Origin: Myxococcota bacterium
GTDB taxonomy: Bacteria > Myxococcota_A > Bradymonadia > UBA7976 > UBA1532
DNA: 64,000 nt
Assembly: GCA_963169045.1 (NCBI GenBank)
Contig: CAUJDF010000041.1
Coordinates: 2,872 to 66,871 of the forward strand
Direction: 5' to 3'
Shown here: piece after piece, positions 41,386-53,097 of the stretch
Layout: each line of letters opens with the position of its first letter
Position numbering within the stretch: position 1 is the first letter of the stretch
Translations under genes and position numbers: made by a program
The notes under the pieces: model-generated
Databases searched by the model: none
What the model was told of the DNA's origin: nothing
The model's input: only the letters and a program-made list of their open reading frames with translations

Positions 41386-42486
41386 ATGTGTGACGGAAGA
41401 GTCTCGGCGATCGGGCTGGCGCTGTTGCTCGCGGCCTGCGGTGGTGGCGGCGGTGACGACAACGGCGCCGGCGGAGCGGGCGGCGGCATGGGCGGCGCCG
41501 GCGGCATGGGCGGCGCCGGCGGCATGGGCGGCGCCGGCGGCATGGGCGGCGCCGGCGGCATGGGCGGCGGCGGCGGTGGCGAGCTGCCCACCGAGGAGCG
41601 CTGTCCCGACGCGCAGCAGGGCAACTACCTGCTCGTCCAGTACCCCGACCGCGTCGATGCCTACCGGCACCGCGCCGGCTTCAACTTCACCTACGAGTGC
41701 GTCTTCCTCGACCTCGCCGCCAACGGCATCTCCGAGGCCCGCGGCGTCGCCCGCGTGCCGGTGCCCGACGGCGACTTCGTCGTCGTGGTGCCCGAGGGTG
41801 AGAAGGGCGCGCTCTACCGCTTCAACGCGCGCGGCGAGTTCCAGGGCAAGAGCGGCGACAACATCAATCTCGCCGGCGTCGACGGCATCTGGAACACCTT
41901 CGGCGACGACTTCGTCGTGTGGAGCCGCGCCAACTCGAACATCTACTCCGTCAGCTCGACGGGGCTGTTCCGGGGCACCTACCGCCTGCCCGGCTTCCAG
42001 GGATCGCGCCTCGACAACCTGACCGACCTCCTCTTCGTGAAGCAGGACGCGATCATCGCGACCTTCTCCGACAAACCGGCGAAACTCTTCGTGAATCCGG
42101 CGTCTCAGAACTTCCCGGCCGACGAGGTGGGACCGGCGAACGCGGTCGTGGGCGTCGAGACGCAGGAGGGCCTGAAGACGCTGATGACGGCGCAGGTCGG
42201 CGGCGAGGGGAACGGCTACGGCGTCGTGCTGTACAAGCCGGTGGTCCGCGTCCAGATCGCGCCCGAACGGGAGGGCGTCATCGTCGATGCCAGCGAGATC
42301 ACGGACGGCATCGACATCCTGCCCATGAACAGCCCGTCGGGCATCCTCGTGCTCGACAGCCGCCTCGGCGGGACGCCCAAGGTGCAGGCGTTCAACGTGG
42401 TGGGCGAGCACCAGGGCGACCTGACGCTCATGGGCGACGGCGACCCCCGCCAGATGCTGTTCGAAGAGGTCTTCCCCGGCTTCTGA
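41386..42486 (+). CDS. hypothetical secreted lipoprotein with Gly-rich (GGAGGMG)x5 linker
   Basis: Start MCDGRVSAIGLALLLAACGGGGGDDNGAGG...; ORF track starts upstream at 41251. Confidence 0.6.
   Translation: MCDGRVSAIGLALLLAACGGGGGDDNGAGGAGGGMGGAGGMGGAGGMGGAGGMGGAGGMGGGGGGELPTEERCPDAQQGNYLLVQYPDRVDAYRHRAGFNFTYECVFLDLAANGISEARGVARVPVPDGDFVVVVPEGEKGALYRFNARGEFQGKSGDNINLAGVDGIWNTFGDDFVVWSRANSNIYSVSSTGLFRGTYRLPGFQGSRLDNLTDLLFVKQDAIIATFSDKPAKLFVNPASQNFPADEVGPANAVVGVETQEGLKTLMTAQVGGEGNGYGVVLYKPVVRVQIAPEREGVIVDASEITDGIDILPMNSPSGILVLDSRLGGTPKVQAFNVVGEHQGDLTLMGDGDPRQMLFEEVFPGF
41482..41586 (+). repeat. perfect 21-nt tandem repeat x5 (ggcggcatgggcggcgccggc) inside lipoprotein gene
   Basis: Directly visible; encodes GGAGGMG heptapeptide repeats. 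Confidence 0.85.
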
Positions 42487-43107
42487 GCGACGGGCGCACC
42501 TCGAGCCGGTGCGTCCCCCGCCCCCACCGTCGTGACGTCGACGGTCTCGCCGAGCCGATCCGGCGCCTGCCCTGCCCTGCCCTGCTCGAAGGTGCCGTGC
42601 CGGTGATCGTCGAGCTGTGTGGCGAGCGCGCGCGTCTCGCGGACGGGCTCCGTCCGGGCGAGGCGGTCGAAGCGGGACCGGTGGGGCTGGGAGCCACCTG
42701 GCGGAGCGCGATGACGAGGCGCGGGCGGTCGAACGGGAACGCGCTGACCGGGGGGCCGGCGGCGGTGGACCGGAAGACTACGGTCGCGGCGCCGCCGTCC
42801 GGGCACCACCCCGCCGCGCTCGGGCGCGCGCCCGCCGGCGCGGCAGAGCACGCCAGCTCGCGGCGCCGGACGCCACCAAGAGCTTGCCGAGGACGGCGGC
42901 GACGTCGCCGAACCGGTCCGCGCCGCCCGCCCCGTCCACGAAGACGATCTCGGGCGAACCTTCGGGCACGCCTGCCGCCGCGGGATCGACCGGCGGGGGC
43001 GCGGCGGGCGCCGGCGAGAGCGGGCGGCGACGCGCCGCCTCGCGGTGCTTCTCGCCCTCGGGAGGACGCGATGTGGGCGAGCCCGGCGGGGAACGGCCCC
43101 CGGCCCC

Positions 43108-43983
43108 CTACTCGGCGCGCGGGGCGCGCGCCATGAGCCGCTCGAGCGCGGCAGCGGCGTCCACCTCGCCGGCGAGCATCGCACAAACCATCGAAAGCAT
43201 TGGCGATTCGAGACCGACTTCCGTGGCACGGGCCGCGAGCACGGCGGCGGTCTCGAGCAGGCCGTCGGCCACCCGTTCGCCGCGCGCCAGGGCCAGACCG
43301 GCGCGATACGGATCGCCGTCGGCCCGCAGCGCGCTCGCCGCGAGGACGCCGAGCCCGGCGAGGCCGTGGGCGGTGCCGACGCGCCCGCCGAGGCCGACGA
43401 CGAGGCGCTCCATCTCGGCCACCGCGCGTGTGAGGGCGGTCGCCTCGGCCACGGGCCCCGCGCCGAGGCCCCGCGCGGCGCCGAGCGCCACGGCGCCGAT
43501 CTCGGCGAACGCCGCGGCGATCTCCACGCCGAGCGGGTCGGGCTGGGTGTAGACGCGCAGGGCAGGCCCGGCGAGCGCTGCCTGGATCTCCTTCGCCCAC
43601 GCGGGGAACGCGCTCCCCACGACGAACGCCGCCGGCCTGTCGCTCGCGAGCGCGCCGGCATCGGCCGCGCCCGCGACCACCGCGACCTGGCGCACGCAGG
43701 TGAGCGCACCGACCGCTTCGCTGGGCAGTCGCGCGCCCTCGGTGACGCGGCCGGCGAGCACCAGCAGCCGGTGGTGGCCCTCGAAGTGCGAGGCGTGGGC
43801 CGCCAGCGCCGTCGCGAGCGCGCGGCCCTCGAACGCGACCACCACGCGCTCGGCGCCGGCGAGCGCGTCGGCGGCGGCCCGCTTCGACGTCGCGCCGACG
43901 AGGCGCGCCCCGCCGCCGGCCCCCGACAGGCGCTTCGACAGCGCCCTGCCGAGCGGCGTGTCGCCCAGGACGACCCAGGTCAT
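43108..43983 (-). CDS. GpsA-like NAD(P)H-dependent glycerol-3-phosphate dehydrogenase family protein (divergent)
   Basis: C-terminal 291 aa of ORF 43108..46755; start MTWVVLGDTPLGRALSKRL; C-terminal ESPMLSMVCAMLAGEVDAAAALERLM resembles GpsA. Degenerate dinucleotide-binding loop. Confidence 0.45.
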   Translation of the reverse strand: MTWVVLGDTPLGRALSKRLSGAGGGARLVGATSKRAAADALAGAERVVVAFEGRALATALAAHASHFEGHHRLLVLAGRVTEGARLPSEAVGALTCVRQVAVVAGAADAGALASDRPAAFVVGSAFPAWAKEIQAALAGPALRVYTQPDPLGVEIAAAFAEIGAVALGAARGLGAGPVAEATALTRAVAEMERLVVGLGGRVGTAHGLAGLGVLAASALRADGDPYRAGLALARGERVADGLLETAAVLAARATEVGLESPMLSMVCAMLAGEVDAAAALERLMARAPRAE

Positions 43984-45590
43984 GCCAGCACCTCGCGGAG
44001 CGGACGGGCCCACGCCGCGAGGCGGTTGCCATAGAAGTAGAGGAGCCGCGGATCGCGCACGACCACGCCGTCGCCCTCCCGCTCGGCCGCCGGACGCGCG
44101 TGGTACATCGCGAACGTGCGCAGTGCCTCGTCGACGACGGCGTCGATCGACTGCCGACGCAGCTCCGGCGGGACACGAACCTCCCCGGCGGCCTCCATCG
44201 CCATCAGCTTCGTCCGCACGCGCTCCGCGTCGGCGCGCACCTCGGCCAGCGGCTGACGCTCGCCGCTGGTCGTGCGCAGCAGCGCGAACAGATCGAGGTG
44301 CGGGACCGCGCGGCGCTCGCGCTCGAGCAGCACCCAGCCGAGCAGCGCCGTCGGCAGGACCACCGTCTCCCGCAGGAACGCCTTCGCGACCTCGCGCCCG
44401 AGGTGTCGCGTGTACTCGGCATCGCGCGCGGCGTCGTCGACGGGCTGGCCGTCGCGGAAGAGGTAGCGCTCGCGCCGGAGCACGGTGCCGTCGGGGCCGC
44501 GGCTCTCGCCGTCGGGTCCCACCGGGTTGCCGAACACGTCGAGGGGGGCCCCGTAGCGGATGACCATGCTGGTGTCGAGCCCCATCAGCTTGATCGCGAA
44601 GTGCGTGACGCGGCCGACGCGGCTGAACTCGTCGTCCTCGATGATGTACCGCGCCTGCCCGGCTTCCTTGAGGAACTCGCCGACGAGCGTCTCCGCCTCG
44701 AGCACCAGCGGGTAGTTGATCGTCGCCGGCACGATGTAGATGGGGCGGTCGTCGCCGCGCCGGAGGCGCTCCGACGTGGCCGTGAGCGCCGTGCCCATCA
44801 GGCCCAGCTTCAGCTTCTGGTCCACCGCCCCGGACCGGCTGCGCGTGCCACCGGGAAAGAACAGGCTGTGGTAGCCGCGCTCGAGAAGAACCTGGCTGTA
44901 GGTCTTGAGGATCTGTTTGTACAGATCGTGCTTCAGGCGGCGATCGACGCGGTACGCGCCGAGGTTCCGCATGAAGTAGCCGATCAGGGGGTTCGTGAAG
45001 AGGTTCTTGCCCGCGCCATAGGTGCAGGGCGGCAGGCCCGCCTCCATCAGCGACCAGCCGAGCACGACGCTGTCGAGGTTGCTCGAGTGCGTCGGCACGA
45101 CGACCAGCGTGCCGAAGGTCGCGAGGCGCTGGAGCGTGTCGAGCTCCCCCTCCACGCGGATGCGCCCCGAGAGCTCCCGCAGCGCCTTGAGGCCGTGACG
45201 CATGCCGGCGGTGGCCACGTCGGCGGCGTTGAAGAGCATCCCGAGGCCGACCGGCAGGACGCGCGACGCGAAGCGATACACGCGCGGATCGAAGTGCCCG
45301 ACCACGTCGCCCACGTAGTACGCCGCGAGGCGCCGTAGCTCGGCGGCGAGCGTGTCGGCGTCCATGCGGCCGAGCTGGCGGGCGAGCGAGCGCCAGCGTT
45401 CGAGCCGCTCTTCGTCGCCGCTGGCTTCGAGGCGCCGGATCTCGTGGTAGGCGGCGTCGTTCAGCACGAGCTGGTGGCTGCGGGGCGGCCGCGCGCCGCC
45501 GAACCGATCGGTGGCGGCCATGACGCGCGCCACCACCTCGCGCTCGATGTCGGGCCGGTGGTCGTTGAAGTGGAAGAGCGGGGCCTGCAT
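43980..45590 (-). CDS. PlsB-like glycerol-3-phosphate acyltransferase (GPAT family)
   Basis: 536 aa with acyltransferase HX4D box VVVPTHSSNLDSVVLG; overlaps the gpsA-like start by 4 nt. Confidence 0.6.
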   Translation of the reverse strand: MQAPLFHFNDHRPDIEREVVARVMAATDRFGGARPPRSHQLVLNDAAYHEIRRLEASGDEERLERWRSLARQLGRMDADTLAAELRRLAAYYVGDVVGHFDPRVYRFASRVLPVGLGMLFNAADVATAGMRHGLKALRELSGRIRVEGELDTLQRLATFGTLVVVPTHSSNLDSVVLGWSLMEAGLPPCTYGAGKNLFTNPLIGYFMRNLGAYRVDRRLKHDLYKQILKTYSQVLLERGYHSLFFPGGTRSRSGAVDQKLKLGLMGTALTATSERLRRGDDRPIYIVPATINYPLVLEAETLVGEFLKEAGQARYIIEDDEFSRVGRVTHFAIKLMGLDTSMVIRYGAPLDVFGNPVGPDGESRGPDGTVLRRERYLFRDGQPVDDAARDAEYTRHLGREVAKAFLRETVVLPTALLGWVLLERERRAVPHLDLFALLRTTSGERQPLAEVRADAERVRTKLMAMEAAGEVRVPPELRRQSIDAVVDEALRTFAMYHARPAAEREGDGVVVRDPRLLYFYGNRLAAWARPLREVLA

Positions 45591-45623
45591 GGGAGCGGAC
45601 GATACACCGCTCCCGGGACGGTG

Positions 45624-48029
45624 TCAGCGACGGCGGCGACGCGCCAGGCCACCGACGAACAGGACCGCGAAGGGCCAGACGCCGGGCGCCGACGAGGCGT
45701 CGCAGGCGCAGCCCGCCGAGTCGCCCCCGGCGGGGTCGACGAACTGCGATCCGCCGTCGCCGCGATCGCCACCGCCCACGCCGCCGTCGCCCTCGAGGCG
45801 GTCCGGGTCGAGGACGGGCTGCTCGGGCGGCTCCGTCCAGGCGGCGACGCACTGCGCCGTGCCCGCGTGCACCGCACAGGCCTGCCCGCCCGGGCAGCGC
45901 ACGGCGTGGCACGGATCGCCGACGCACTCGCCGCCGACGCAGCGCTGGCCCTCGGCGCACTCGATGTTGCCGCAGCGGTCCGGCTGGCAGTGGCCGTCGA
46001 CGCACTGGCCGTTCCCCGCGCACTCGAAGCCGCCGCATGGATCCGGCTGGCAGGCGCCGTCCTGGCACGACTCGAACAGCGGGCACGAGATGGTGGCGCA
46101 CGAGGAGACGCACTCGCCGCCGCGACAGAACTGCCCGGCGCCACACGGCACGCCGACACACGGATCGTTCACGCACGCGCCGCCCACACAGGCCTGGCCC
46201 GCCGGGCATCCGGTCGTCGTGCAGTCGCCGGCGAGACACTGCCCGCCGACGCAGGTCTCGCCCGCCTGACAGACCACGTCCGCGCAGGGATTGCTGCACT
46301 GCCCGGTCATCTCCTCGCAGAGGAGGCCGTCCGGGCAGCTCACGCCGTAACAGAAGCTCACGCACAGCTCGAGCTCGGGGTGGCAGTAGGTGCCGCCCTC
46401 GACGCACTCGTTGTTCTGGCAGCGCCCGACGCACTCCCCGTTCACGCAGACGCCGTTGGGGCAGAGGTCGCCGTCGTCCACGAGCCCGTTGCAGTCGTTG
46501 TCGGCGCCGTCGCAGACCTCCACCGACTCGCCGAGGCAGAAGCCGCAGCCGTTGAGCGTGCCCTCGTCGACCCGGCCGTCGCAGTCGTCGTCGGCGGCGT
46601 TGCACACCTCCTCGGACGCGCCGCCGTCGGGCACGCACTGGAAGAAGCCGTTGATGCACTCCTCGTGGCCCGTGCGGCACGCGCCCGGCCGCCCGGTGGC
46701 GCAGCGACGCGGCCGCACCGGATCGCCGGACTCGTCGAAGCAGGGCCGGTTGCACAGATCGCCGCGCCCGTCGCCGTCGGTGTCGGACTGGTCGGCGTTC
46801 GGCACCTCCGGGCAGTTGTCGCAGGCGTCGCCGAGCCCGTCACCGTCGGTGTCGCGCTGGTCGGGGTTCGGCGCTTGCGGGCAATTGTCGTCGTTGCCGC
46901 ACGCCTCGTCGCCGTCGAGGTCGACGCACGCGCCGCCGAGACTGCGCTCGAGGACCAGGATCGCGAAGGCGGTGTCGGAGCCCGGCGTCCAGTTGGACTC
47001 CGGGTGGTTCCAGCTGCCGTCGGGGAGCTGCAACTGCAGGAGTTGAAAGGCGAAATCGTAGTACCAGTTCCGCGGCTCCTCGGGGAAACCGTCGCTCGCC
47101 GGATCGCGTTGGCCGCCGATGGCGGTGCTGTTCAGGCCGCCGTTCGCCTCCGCGCTGACCTCGAAGCCCTTCGCCGCCGCCCAGAGGTAGTAGTAGTAGC
47201 TCTGTCGGAACTGATTGATGTGGTCGTCGTAGCGGTAGTTGTCGCGCAGCCACGTCAGCGTCTGTTGAACGTCCGGCGCGTCGACGGGCATGTCGGCCAG
47301 GCGGAACGTCCACAGGCCCGACGCCGTCATCGAACTGCTGCTGGGGTACTGCCCCTGCCCGCCCCCGCGATAGATGTGGCCGCCGTCGGGGTTGCGCGTG
47401 TTGCGCACGAACGGCACCGCTGCGCCGAGCGAGTCGCCGGCGCCGGGCACCACCTGCTCGGCGGCGGACAGACCGGCCATCGAGAACTGGGTGGTCGACA
47501 GATCGCCGTCGCTCTCGGGCTGCTCGTAGTTCCAGCCGCCGGTGTTGGCGCCGAAGTTGCCCTGCGTGCGGCGCAACCCCGCGACACCATTGGCGATCGC
47601 CTGCTGCACCCCCACGCCCGCGCCGACGTCGTCGGGGCCGCCGCTCGAGGCATACAGCGACAGGGCCATCAGACCGGAGCCGGTGATGTAGGACTGCGGC
47701 CGGCCGCCCTGCATGCCCGGGTCGTTGGCGATGATCCAGCGCACCGCGTTGCGGATGCGCTCCTGGTCCTGCGCGCTCATCCCCGCGTAACCGACGACGG
47801 GCGCGTTCCAGTCGGCGCTCGTGCGCTTCTCGAGAAAGCAGAGGACGACGAGGGCCGTCGCCGGCGGCGTGGGACCGAAGCCGCCGTCCCCCTGCTGCTG
47901 CGCACGGAAGAAGTCGAGGCCGCGGTCGATGGCCGCGTTCACCCGCTCGCCGAACGGGGTGGTGAAGGCGGCGGCGGGGCCGGCCAGGGCGAGCGCGAGC
48001 GCGATGAGCGCGACGCGGGCTGCACGCAT
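45624..48029 (-). CDS. secreted MYXO-CTERM-anchored surface protein: signal peptide + prenyltransferase/terpenoid-cyclase-like repeat domain + thrombospondin type-3 Ca-binding repeats + myxobacterial Cys-rich repeats
   Basis: Start [21 protein letters not shown] (GGGAGGG RBS); QxxDGGF/NPDGGH/LPDGSW repeats; [18 protein letters not shown]3 repeats; >10 CxxGxxCxxGxC repeats; C-terminus [29 protein letters not shown]. Confidence 0.7.
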   Translation of the reverse strand: MRAARVALIALALALAGPAAAFTTPFGERVNAAIDRGLDFFRAQQQGDGGFGPTPPATALVVLCFLEKRTSADWNAPVVGYAGMSAQDQERIRNAVRWIIANDPGMQGGRPQSYITGSGLMALSLYASSGGPDDVGAGVGVQQAIANGVAGLRRTQGNFGANTGGWNYEQPESDGDLSTTQFSMAGLSAAEQVVPGAGDSLGAAVPFVRNTRNPDGGHIYRGGGQGQYPSSSSMTASGLWTFRLADMPVDAPDVQQTLTWLRDNYRYDDHINQFRQSYYYYLWAAAKGFEVSAEANGGLNSTAIGGQRDPASDGFPEEPRNWYYDFAFQLLQLQLPDGSWNHPESNWTPGSDTAFAILVLERSLGGACVDLDGDEACGNDDNCPQAPNPDQRDTDGDGLGDACDNCPEVPNADQSDTDGDGRGDLCNRPCFDESGDPVRPRRCATGRPGACRTGHEECINGFFQCVPDGGASEEVCNAADDDCDGRVDEGTLNGCGFCLGESVEVCDGADNDCNGLVDDGDLCPNGVCVNGECVGRCQNNECVEGGTYCHPELELCVSFCYGVSCPDGLLCEEMTGQCSNPCADVVCQAGETCVGGQCLAGDCTTTGCPAGQACVGGACVNDPCVGVPCGAGQFCRGGECVSSCATISCPLFESCQDGACQPDPCGGFECAGNGQCVDGHCQPDRCGNIECAEGQRCVGGECVGDPCHAVRCPGGQACAVHAGTAQCVAAWTEPPEQPVLDPDRLEGDGGVGGGDRGDGGSQFVDPAGGDSAGCACDASSAPGVWPFAVLFVGGLARRRRR

Positions 48030-48135
48030 GGTTCCCTCCCTGCGGGTGCGCACCGCACGAGGGTAACAATCCCCATGCCTGGAGGGCGAGCTACATCTGT
48101 CGCGGTCGCCGGCGGCAGCCTCCGGGACCTGGGGG

Positions 48136-49023
48136 TCACACCTGCGACGCGAGGGCCACGGTGTCGCGCGCCGGCGGACGCTCGTGGGTGCGGACGAGCA
48201 GCTCGGCCACCTCGCCGCGGCCCTCGCCGTTGCGGTTGATGCTGCGGCGCGCGTAGACCACGTCGTGTGGGAATGCCGCGTACAGATCGCAGGTGGCGTC
48301 GACGTAAGAGTTGGACAGCACCCCATAGGCGCCGCGCGCCCGGAGGTCGATGAACGCGTCGCGCAGACGCCCCTGCTCGGCGGCGCCGAACGGGAACGGG
48401 TCGTAGGCGGTGAAGTTCGCGGTGCGGCTCACCGGCCAGTAGGGCGGATCGAGGTACACGACGGCGCGGTCGTCTACGCGCGGGTCGGCGAGGATCGCCT
48501 CGAAGTCACCCTCGAGGATGTCGACGTCGCGCAGCGACCGCGAGCAGGCGAGGATGTTCTCGGCGTTCACGAGGGTCGGGTTCGCGTGGCGGCCGAACGG
48601 CACGTTGAACTTGCCCGACTGGTTCATGCGGTACAGGCCATTGAAGCCCGTCCGGTTCAGCCAGAGCGTGCGCGCCGCGCGGCGGACGGGCGGGAGCGTC
48701 GCCGGATCGAGGTCGCGCACCGCGTAGTAGACGCGCTCGTCGTACGCCCACCCCTCGATCTCATCGATCAACGCCTCCGGGTGGTGCTTGACCGCGCGCC
48801 ACGCCTCGACGAGCTCCGGGTTGCGGTCGCCGAGGATCGCCCGCTTGAAGCGGCGCAACCGCGCGAGCTCGAAGAAGACCGCACCGCCCCCCACGAACGG
48901 CTCGACGTACGTCTCGATGCGCTCGGGGAGGCGCGGCAGGATTCGATCGAGCAGCCCTCGCTTGCCCCCCGCCCACTTCAGGAAGGGATGCGGCACCGGC
49001 TGCTTCGGCCCCCGTTTCGCCAT
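48136..49023 (-). CDS. Dam-family N6-adenine DNA methyltransferase (D12 class)
   Basis: 295 aa, start MAKRGPKQP; motifs [21 protein letters not shown]. Confidence 0.8.
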   Translation of the reverse strand: MAKRGPKQPVPHPFLKWAGGKRGLLDRILPRLPERIETYVEPFVGGGAVFFELARLRRFKRAILGDRNPELVEAWRAVKHHPEALIDEIEGWAYDERVYYAVRDLDPATLPPVRRAARTLWLNRTGFNGLYRMNQSGKFNVPFGRHANPTLVNAENILACSRSLRDVDILEGDFEAILADPRVDDRAVVYLDPPYWPVSRTANFTAYDPFPFGAAEQGRLRDAFIDLRARGAYGVLSNSYVDATCDLYAAFPHDVVYARRSINRNGEGRGEVAELLVRTHERPPARDTVALASQV

Positions 49024-49034
49024 GGCGCGGCAGA

Positions 49035-49868
49035 CTAGGAGAGGGCGTCCCCTGACGCAAGCACGGCGGCGACCTGCTCGACGACGGCCTCGACGGGCAC
49101 GCCGCTGGTCTCGACGACGAGGTCGGCCTGGCGGTAGAGCGGCTCGCGCGCCTCGAGCAGCGCGCGCAGCTCGGCCATCGCGTGCGGGTGGTCGCGCATC
49201 GGCCGCCGGTCGCCCTGCCGGATGACGCGGTCCCAGTGGTCCTCGGGGGCGGCGCGCAGCCAGACGGTGAGGGCGCCCGAGCGCAGGCGCGCGTAGTTGT
49301 CGACGTGCGTGACGATCGAGCCGCCGGTGGCGACGACGCAGGCGTCGGGCGCCTGTAGCAGGCGCTCGAGCGCCTCGGCCTCGAGGCGGCGGTAGTAGTC
49401 CTCGCCGTGCAACGCGAAGAGCTCCGAGAGGCCGAGATCCGCGGCCTGCTCGACGCGGCGATCGAGCTCGACGAAGTCGCGGTGCAGACGAGTGGCGAGG
49501 CGGCGGCCGACGGTGGACTTCCCCGCCCCGCGCACGCCCAGCAGCGCGACGATGCGACCGCGGCCGCCGGCGCCATACCGGGCGCGCAGCCAGGACGCGA
49601 CCTCCGCCAGCTCCGCCGCGGAGCGCGAGGACAAGAGCGCGTCGACCTCGCCGCGCGCGCCCTCGGACACGAGCGCCGGCAGCGAGAGGTCGAGCGCCGT
49701 GCCGAGCGCCTGCAGCTTTTCGAGCGAGAGGTTGGCCTCGCCCTTCTCCGCCAGGATCACGTAGCGCTCGCTGAGGCCGGACTTCGCTGCCAGCGCTCGC
49801 AAGCTCAGGCCCAACGCCTGGCGCCGCGCGCGCAGCCGCTCCCCGACCTGACGCGTCAAACGGTTCAT
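49035..49868 (-). CDS. HTH-XRE (Cro/C1-type) transcription regulator fused to shikimate kinase
   Basis: HTH LGLSLRALAAKSGLSERYVILAEKGEANLSLEKL; SK Walker A LLGVRGAGKSTVGRRLA, DLDRRVE, VATGGS. Confidence 0.7.
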   Translation of the reverse strand: MNRLTRQVGERLRARRQALGLSLRALAAKSGLSERYVILAEKGEANLSLEKLQALGTALDLSLPALVSEGARGEVDALLSSRSAAELAEVASWLRARYGAGGRGRIVALLGVRGAGKSTVGRRLATRLHRDFVELDRRVEQAADLGLSELFALHGEDYYRRLEAEALERLLQAPDACVVATGGSIVTHVDNYARLRSGALTVWLRAAPEDHWDRVIRQGDRRPMRDHPHAMAELRALLEAREPLYRQADLVVETSGVPVEAVVEQVAAVLASGDALS

Positions 49869-49971
49869 GCAACATATTGCACCACATCGGTGCAATAAAT
49901 TGCAATCAGCCGTTGTGCGGATGCGCCACCCCGCCTAAGATGGCAGGCGATCAACTCCGCGGAGCCGGCCC

Positions 49972-51608
<1,637 letters not shown>

Positions 51609-51609
<1 letters not shown>

Positions 51610-53042
51610 TGGCCAACATCGACTATTCGGAGAAGATCCCGAACAACGTGGATCTCGCGAGCGACCGCAAGCTGCAGCGCGCGCTGGAGGAGTGGCAGCC
51701 CAACTTCCTGCAGTGGTGGCAGGAGATGGGACCGGACGGCTTCCAGCAGGACCAGATCTATCTTCGCACCGCCGTGAGCGTCGATCGCGACGGGTGGGCC
51801 CACTTCGGCCACGTGAAGATGCCCGACTATCGGTGGGGCATCTTCCTGACGCCGGGGGACGAGAACCGGCTGATCCACTTCGGCGACCATCTGGGGACGA
51901 AGGCCTGGGACCAGGTGCCCGGCGAGTACCGCAACATGCTGCGGCGCATCATCGTCACCCAGGGCGACACCGAGCCCGCCAGCGTCGAGCAGCAGCGCCG
52001 CCTCGGCCACACCGCGCCGTCGCTCTACGACATGCGCAACCTCTTCCAGGTCAACGTGGAGGAGGGCCGCCACCTCTGGGCGATGGTGTACCTGCTGCAC
52101 AAGTACTTCGGCCGCGACGGTCGCGAAGAGGCCGAGGCGCTGCTCGAGCGCCGCTCCGGCGATCCCGACAGCCCGCGCATCCTCGGCGCGTTCAACGAGC
52201 CGTGCACCGACTGGCTGTCCTTCTTCTGCTTCACCACGTTCACCGACCGCGACGGCAAGTACCAGCTGCGCGCGCTCTCGGAGAGCGGCTTCGACCCGCT
52301 CGCGCGCACGACCGAGTTCATGCTGACCGAGGAGGCGCACCACATGTTCGTCGGCAAGACGGGCGTCGAGCGCATCCTCCAGCGGACGGCCCGCCTCGCG
52401 AAGGGCGGCGACGTGCTGAACCAGGGCGGGATCCCGTTCGAGATGGTCCAGCGCGCGGTGAACTTCTGGTACTCGGTGTCGCTCGACCTCTTCGGCGGCG
52501 AGGACTCGTCCAACGCGGCCACCTTCTTCGGCGCCGGCCTGAAGGGTCGCGACCGCGAGATGGAGCAGGCGGAGCACAGCGGGTTGAACGAGACGTTCAA
52601 GCTCGAAAAGTTCGCGCCGGACGGCACCATGACCGTCGAGGAGTTGCCGCTGCGCCGCGCGATGAACGAGGTGCTGCGGGAGGCCTACGTGAAGGACTGC
52701 GACAAGGTCGTCAAGTCCTGGAACCGGGCGCTCGAGGCCGAAGGCACCGACTTCCGCCTGACGCTGCCGCACAAGCGGTTCCACCGCGCGCAGGGCGTGT
52801 ACGCCGGCCTGCACTTCGACCCGCAGGGGCGCTTCGTGACCCCCGACGAGTGGGAGAAGCGCAAGGACGACTGGATCGTGAACGACCGGGACCGCGACGT
52901 GCTCGCGAACCTCATGACCGAGGCGGTGGTGAAGCCCGGTGAGTTCGCCGGGTGGATCGCGCCGCCGCCCCGCGGCATCGACGGCCAGCCGCTCGACTTC
53001 GAGTACGTGAAGTTCCACTCCGGCTCGCCCTACGCCGAGTAG
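51609..53042 (+). CDS. boxB: benzoyl-CoA 2,3-epoxidase (oxygenase component, diiron)
   Basis: Start MANIDYSEKIPNNVDLASDRKLQRALEEWQPNFLQWW overlapping boxC stop (TGATG); EExxH diiron ligands (TEEAHHM). Confidence 0.65.
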
Positions 53043-53097
53043 TCGGCCGTCGCGCATCGCCTCACGTCCCATCGTCGTTCCGCCGATGTGACGGGGC

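Noticed and set aside
41482-41586. Possible CRISPR-like repeat
   Set aside because: Units are directly abutting without spacers, lie in-frame inside a coding sequence and encode Gly-rich peptide repeats; not a CRISPR array
42216-44176. Long minus-strand ORFs 42216..43709 and 42428..44176
   Set aside because: Arg/Pro/Ala-rich alternative frames overlapping the gpsA-like gene and running into the lipoprotein gene; no coherent protein
43984-46755. N-terminal ~920 aa of the 1215-aa minus-strand ORF 43108..46755
   Set aside because: Only the C-terminal 291 aa (gpsA-like) is protein-like; upstream portion is an R/P/G-rich alternative frame overlapping the real plsB-like and MYXO-CTERM genes
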